Source: a virus
Taxonomy: Duplodnaviria; Heunggongvirae; Uroviricota; Caudoviricetes
Virus record (IMG/VR): IMGVR_UViG_3300028559_000005
Length of the DNA: 64,000 nt
Reading direction: 5' to 3' (one strand)
The notes under the pieces were generated by a model. It was not told the origin of the DNA. It saw only the letters and a program-made list of their open reading frames with translations, and searched no databases. Positions 60,520 through 64,000 of the stretch are shown here, one piece after another (within the stretch, counting starts at the first letter, position 1; each line of letters begins with the position of its first letter). The position numbers were made by a program, and so were the translations under genes.

Positions 60520-61198
60520 CTAGATTAGCGGCCATTGGGAAGATTGCAGCAATGGCTCGAGCGCATGCTAGTGCAATATCCTGGTGCTCTTTTTGTGTGC
60601 CGTTCTCTTTGCGCAACATGATGTAGTGGATCCATGAACGAATAGTGCCATTCATGTACATCCGACTCACGGTATTACCTTCGGGCAGCATGCAACGAGC
60701 TTGCTCTTTGGCAATGCCTGCACCAATTGCCCAGGTGTAGTTTTGTTTGACCAAGTCAATAACTTCTTGCTGGCGTCGGTTCCATTCTGCTGCAAGGAAT
60801 CGATCATCCTCAGATTCCATGTCAAGCTCTACACTGTTTTGTCTATTCTTTGTGTCCTGGAGTCTTGCCTCACGTAACACAAACGCTTGGCCAAGTTCAG
60901 CTGTAGGATCAGCATATCGCTGGGAGAACTCTTGGAAGCTGAAACTTCTGTGACGTAGAATCTGTCGGGCAATGTCGCGTGTGGTTTCAATTTCAATACA
61001 GGCTGATACCATTTCCAACGGTGACCAGTGTTGATGCTTGACCAAGTATCGGATAAGTCGCTCGCTTGTTTCAGTAGTGAACTGGTTGGCAGGGTTGGAC
61101 ACACGGGCGCAATATGCAATAAGCTCTTGTGCATCTGTAATGCCTTGTGTAGCAAATTCTTCTGTTGGACTGCTGTGACTGAGTAATCGAACGTTCAT
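60509..61198 (-). CDS. thyX: Flavin-dependent thymidylate synthase
   Basis: HWSPLE and the ThyX signature RHRSFSFQEFSQRY; AKEQAR..LP, NGTIRSWIHY..LR, TQKEH. Confidence 0.95.
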   Translation of the reverse strand: MNVRLLSHSSPTEEFATQGITDAQELIAYCARVSNPANQFTTETSERLIRYLVKHQHWSPLEMVSACIEIETTRDIARQILRHRSFSFQEFSQRYADPTAELGQAFVLREARLQDTKNRQNSVELDMESEDDRFLAAEWNRRQQEVIDLVKQNYTWAIGAGIAKEQARCMLPEGNTVSRMYMNGTIRSWIHYIMLRKENGTQKEHQDIALACARAIAAIFPMAANLVAK

Positions 61199-61497
61199 AA
61201 TTTTTTTAGTAATTTATCTGTAGCTGGTTGTACAATGCTGGCCACAGTATTAACATCCACCACAAAGTCGATGGTACGTACGGTATCTCCCAACATTGAA
61301 AGATTTCTATTTAGGATTTCTTCAACTTCGTCATCGTCAAGGCCGTCGCGCCGTAATCTAGCAAGATTGATGGTCTTTTGTTTACCACCATCCATCTTGA
61401 TAATCATTTTGTTAATGCATTTTAACGGAACTTGGGTCTTGTCGACTTCTGAAATTATATAATCCCATTTGGCTAAGAATTCGTCACTCAGTGGCAT
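61195..61497 (-). CDS. Hypothetical protein
   Basis: 100 aa; overlaps the thyX start. Confidence 0.7.
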   Translation of the reverse strand: MPLSDEFLAKWDYIISEVDKTQVPLKCINKMIIKMDGGKQKTINLARLRRDGLDDDEVEEILNRNLSMLGDTVRTIDFVVDVNTVASIVQPATDKLLKKL

Positions 61498-62242
61498 GAG
61501 CAGCAGCCTTGGCCTTTGCTGGTCGGCCTTTTTTCACTGCGGCAACTTTTGGTGCTTCAACTTCGACTTGTGGAATTGGCACCATCCTGGGCAAGTCCAT
61601 CATCTTCACACCAGGAAACATTCTTTCAGCTTCTTTCTTCATTCTGGCTGCTTCGTTAATCATACCAGTTGCTTCGTTGTGCATGCGTACCGCTTGAGTG
61701 AGCATGTTGGCAGCAATGGTCTTGTCATCCAACGCACCGTCTGAAGGTGCAGCAGTATAACCTGCTTCTACTGGCGTAGAGCGAGATTGTTGTCCAGCTT
61801 TGTAAGCAGCTTCGGCAGCACGTTTGACTTTGGGATCAACAATACCACGGCTGCTATCAATCTCTGCCATCTTGCGCACAGCATCTTCGCCCTTTTTCAT
61901 CTCATTGAGAATCTTGTTAAGCTCACTTAGACGTACATTAGAATTCATGTTGGGAGTCATCAACACTTGTTCAGTTTGCACACGTTTCATTAATCTTTCA
62001 GCATGCAAAGTTTGCAGCATATTGCGACCATCAGGAAGGATGTTTCGATTCAATGCATCTGCAAATTCTTCAGCAGATTGCCCAACTGGACTCTCCAACA
62101 CCTTCATCAACGGGTCGTGAATGCTGATAGGCAGCAGGTCTGGATAGATGCAAAGGCACATGTGATCGTCGCCGGGAATCTGTCTAAAGATTACTGCAAC
62201 TTTACGGTCGCCATGTTTACCAATGTGTTTCAAAAATGCCAT
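61484..62242 (-). CDS. Hypothetical protein (coiled-coil C-terminus)
   Basis: 252 aa; preceded by an AAGGAG RBS. Confidence 0.75.
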   Translation of the reverse strand: MAFLKHIGKHGDRKVAVIFRQIPGDDHMCLCIYPDLLPISIHDPLMKVLESPVGQSAEEFADALNRNILPDGRNMLQTLHAERLMKRVQTEQVLMTPNMNSNVRLSELNKILNEMKKGEDAVRKMAEIDSSRGIVDPKVKRAAEAAYKAGQQSRSTPVEAGYTAAPSDGALDDKTIAANMLTQAVRMHNEATGMINEAARMKKEAERMFPGVKMMDLPRMVPIPQVEVEAPKVAAVKKGRPAKAKAAAHATE

Positions 62243-62252
62243 AAAATTCTCC

Positions 62253-62489
62253 TTAAAGGGTTGTAGATTCTGTTGAATCTGGCACTTCAGCCTGGGGCTG
62301 AGTTTCTGCTGCTGTGGTTTCTTCTGCCTGAGCTACAGCAGTCTTGATGAATAGATCAATCTTTTCATACAAGGTTCCAACTTGTTTTGCTTCGGCAGCA
62401 CCAAATGCACCACGCTTGACAGCAGTGTCGATTACATCGCGAGCTAACGCAATGTCGTTAATTGTGAGTTGAGAGTTGATGTTTTCCAT
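62253..62489 (-). CDS. Small hypothetical protein
   Basis: Likely start MENINSQLTINDIA at 62489, with TAAATA 5 nt upstream; the ORF-track extension overlaps the next gene. Confidence 0.65.
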   Translation of the reverse strand: MENINSQLTINDIALARDVIDTAVKRGAFGAAEAKQVGTLYEKIDLFIKTAVAQAEETTAAETQPQAEVPDSTESTTL

Positions 62490-62503
62490 AAAGATATTTA
62501 CAT

Positions 62504-62539
62504 AAAAAACCCTCTGATATAAATTTTTCAGGGAGTTTT
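62504..62539 (-). terminator. Possible intrinsic terminator after the VWA gene
   Basis: AAAACUCCCUGA...UCAGAGGGUUUUUU; stem with one G.U pair and one mismatch, followed by a U-run. Confidence 0.45.
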
Positions 62540-62556
62540 GGTAAAACAAGCTAAAG

Positions 62557-63840
62557 TTATTTTGTATGTTCCTCGTAGTAGGCATGCACGCCCCAAGGAG
62601 GAATAATAGTTGTAGTTCCATGCAAAATCCAAGTGACTTCGCAATAGTTCTCATCACCCCAACTACCATAAGGATAACCATCTGTGAACACTACCAAGCG
62701 GCGCGGCACAATGTCGTTTTCTTTGAAGTATTCGTAAAAACAATCAAAGTCAGTACCGCCACCACCTGTTACTTCATAATCACAGATGCCGTCCAAGTTG
62801 TCTGAATCGTATTGTTGCGGATTGTATGCTTGAGTGTCAAAAGTTACAACGTGAATTTTGTAAGCAGGAAACGAATCCATAATGCCTTGAATCTCGCCCA
62901 GAAAGTCTCGTAGCATATCTTGATCAATACTACCTGACGCATCAATTGCAACAGCAATATCAATCATCTCGTCGGGCTTCATGCCAGGCATTACTGCATC
63001 CATGTGCCAGCCTCGACGGCTGGCTCGCATCCAAGTATAGTCGCTTTTAATGGTACTTTCCAAATTCATGCGCAATAGTTCACGCCAGTTCATCTGAGGC
63101 TCAGTCATTTCATCAATAAGACGTTTGACACCAGCAGGAATATTACCAGCACCATCAACTGTGGCAGCAGCAGCCATCATGGCTTCTTTGATCTCGTCTT
63201 TGATAGCTTGGCGATCAGATTCACTCAGCTTGGGACGTCCTTTGCCTTTTTTATTTTCATCGCCGTCACCTTCGCCATCACTATCACCTTCACCGTCCAG
63301 GTGATCATCCAGCAGCTGGTCAATGAGATCCGCCATGCTGATGCGTTTGACATTCTTCATGAGATCATCGTACACTTTCTCTGAACTCCAGCCATTGTAC
63401 TTGCGATCATACAAACAAGGCACTGACGTGATAAACTCACCGACACCATGTTCTTTCAAGTCTGCGTTGACACAGTAATCATTGGCCACGTTCCAAATCT
63501 GTGGATCACGTTCATTGCGGCGTCCAAAGTGATCATACACACAATGCAATACTTCATGTCCAAACAAGAACTCGATTTCTTTGGGACGAAGCATTTCAAT
63601 AAAGCGAGTGTTGTAATAAAAATGACGTCCGTCTGTGGCAGCAGTACCGCACCATTCATCTGCATTAACCAGCTTGAGACGAGTTGCCAAGTTACCAAAG
63701 AAGCTGGCTTTCAACAGCAAGCCCACACGGGCAGTGATCAGCTTCTCACGTACCTTGCCGTCCAGCTTCATATCTTTGGGCCCAATGAGATTTTTAAATT
63801 TGTCTTCTTTTTTGTTAGCTGTGGTGTTAGCTGTTGCCAT
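62557..63840 (-). CDS. HEXXH metallopeptidase-like plus VWA domain protein (DUF2201-like)
   Basis: TAATDG, HEVLH, WNVANDYCVN, an acidic linker, MIDAS-like DASGSI, GGGGTDF and VVFTDG. Confidence 0.85.
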   Translation of the reverse strand: MATANTTANKKEDKFKNLIGPKDMKLDGKVREKLITARVGLLLKASFFGNLATRLKLVNADEWCGTAATDGRHFYYNTRFIEMLRPKEIEFLFGHEVLHCVYDHFGRRNERDPQIWNVANDYCVNADLKEHGVGEFITSVPCLYDRKYNGWSSEKVYDDLMKNVKRISMADLIDQLLDDHLDGEGDSDGEGDGDENKKGKGRPKLSESDRQAIKDEIKEAMMAAAATVDGAGNIPAGVKRLIDEMTEPQMNWRELLRMNLESTIKSDYTWMRASRRGWHMDAVMPGMKPDEMIDIAVAIDASGSIDQDMLRDFLGEIQGIMDSFPAYKIHVVTFDTQAYNPQQYDSDNLDGICDYEVTGGGGTDFDCFYEYFKENDIVPRRLVVFTDGYPYGSWGDENYCEVTWILHGTTTIIPPWGVHAYYEEHTK

Positions 63841-63864
63841 AGATTGTTCCTTGTTAATGTGTTT

Positions 63865-63893
63865 ATTATACTGTAGATATCATTAGTGGTCAA
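63865..63893 (-). promoter_or_regulatory. Sigma70-type early promoter
   Basis: TTGACC-17 nt-TATAAT, followed by an AAGGA RBS before the ATG at 63840. Confidence 0.75.
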
Positions 63894-63921
63894 CTAAAAA
63901 AGTGTGTAGTTTTTACAACAC

Positions 63922-63999
63922 TTATAGGTATTTTAGCTGGAACCAAGTCAGTGCAGCCTCATTGAAAAAATCCAAGTGAACCTGTTTTTCAAGGCGGCC
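63922..63999 (-). CDS. C-terminal end of a hypothetical protein (runs off the right edge of the window)
   Basis: ...GRLEKQVHLDFFNEAALTWFQLKYL-stop. Confidence 0.5.
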   Translation of the reverse strand, partial: GRLEKQVHLDFFNEAALTWFQLKYL

Positions 64000-64000
64000 A

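Noticed and set aside
62490-62681. 142-aa version of ORF 62253
   Set aside because: It overlaps the VWA gene and a terminator-like hairpin; the start at 62489 has TAAATA upstream.

Overview
This window is part of a large T4-like (myovirus-type) dsDNA phage genome; no cellular genes, rRNA, tRNA or CRISPR array are recognisable. From left to right it holds: (1) the portal N-terminus, a tape-measure-like gene, and a gp26/gp51-like tail-assembly pair joined by a T_TTT_TTC slippery site; (2) a ~400-nt hairpin-rich non-coding region (3897-4301), probably a structured RNA on the minus strand; (3) a minus-strand block with sulfotransferase-like, short GIY-YIG, radical SAM and SDR genes, gp46/gp47, two free-standing homing endonucleases and a gp55-like late sigma factor; (4) a ~30-kb plus-strand baseplate/tail module, including gp53-, gp5-, gp25- and gp6-like genes, a 4730-aa giant protein, a fibre with an autocleaving C-terminal domain and a tandemly duplicated Thr/Ser/Gly-rich gene; (5) a ~17-kb chemical-modification island of glycosyltransferase-like genes, five tandem radical SAM enzymes with N-terminal Fe-S (twitch-like) domains, a carbamoyltransferase, a DegT aminotransferase and an NAD-dependent epimerase; (6) thyX, small conserved ORFs and a HEXXH+VWA protein. 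The best candidates for undescribed biology are the structured RNA (possibly paired with the upstream GIY-YIG protein), the radical SAM/carbamoyl/glycosyl island, the predicted -1 frameshift, and a repeated ATAAAC-N6-GTTTAT-N8-TAAATA element. All assignments come from motif reading by eye; no database search or folding computation was run.
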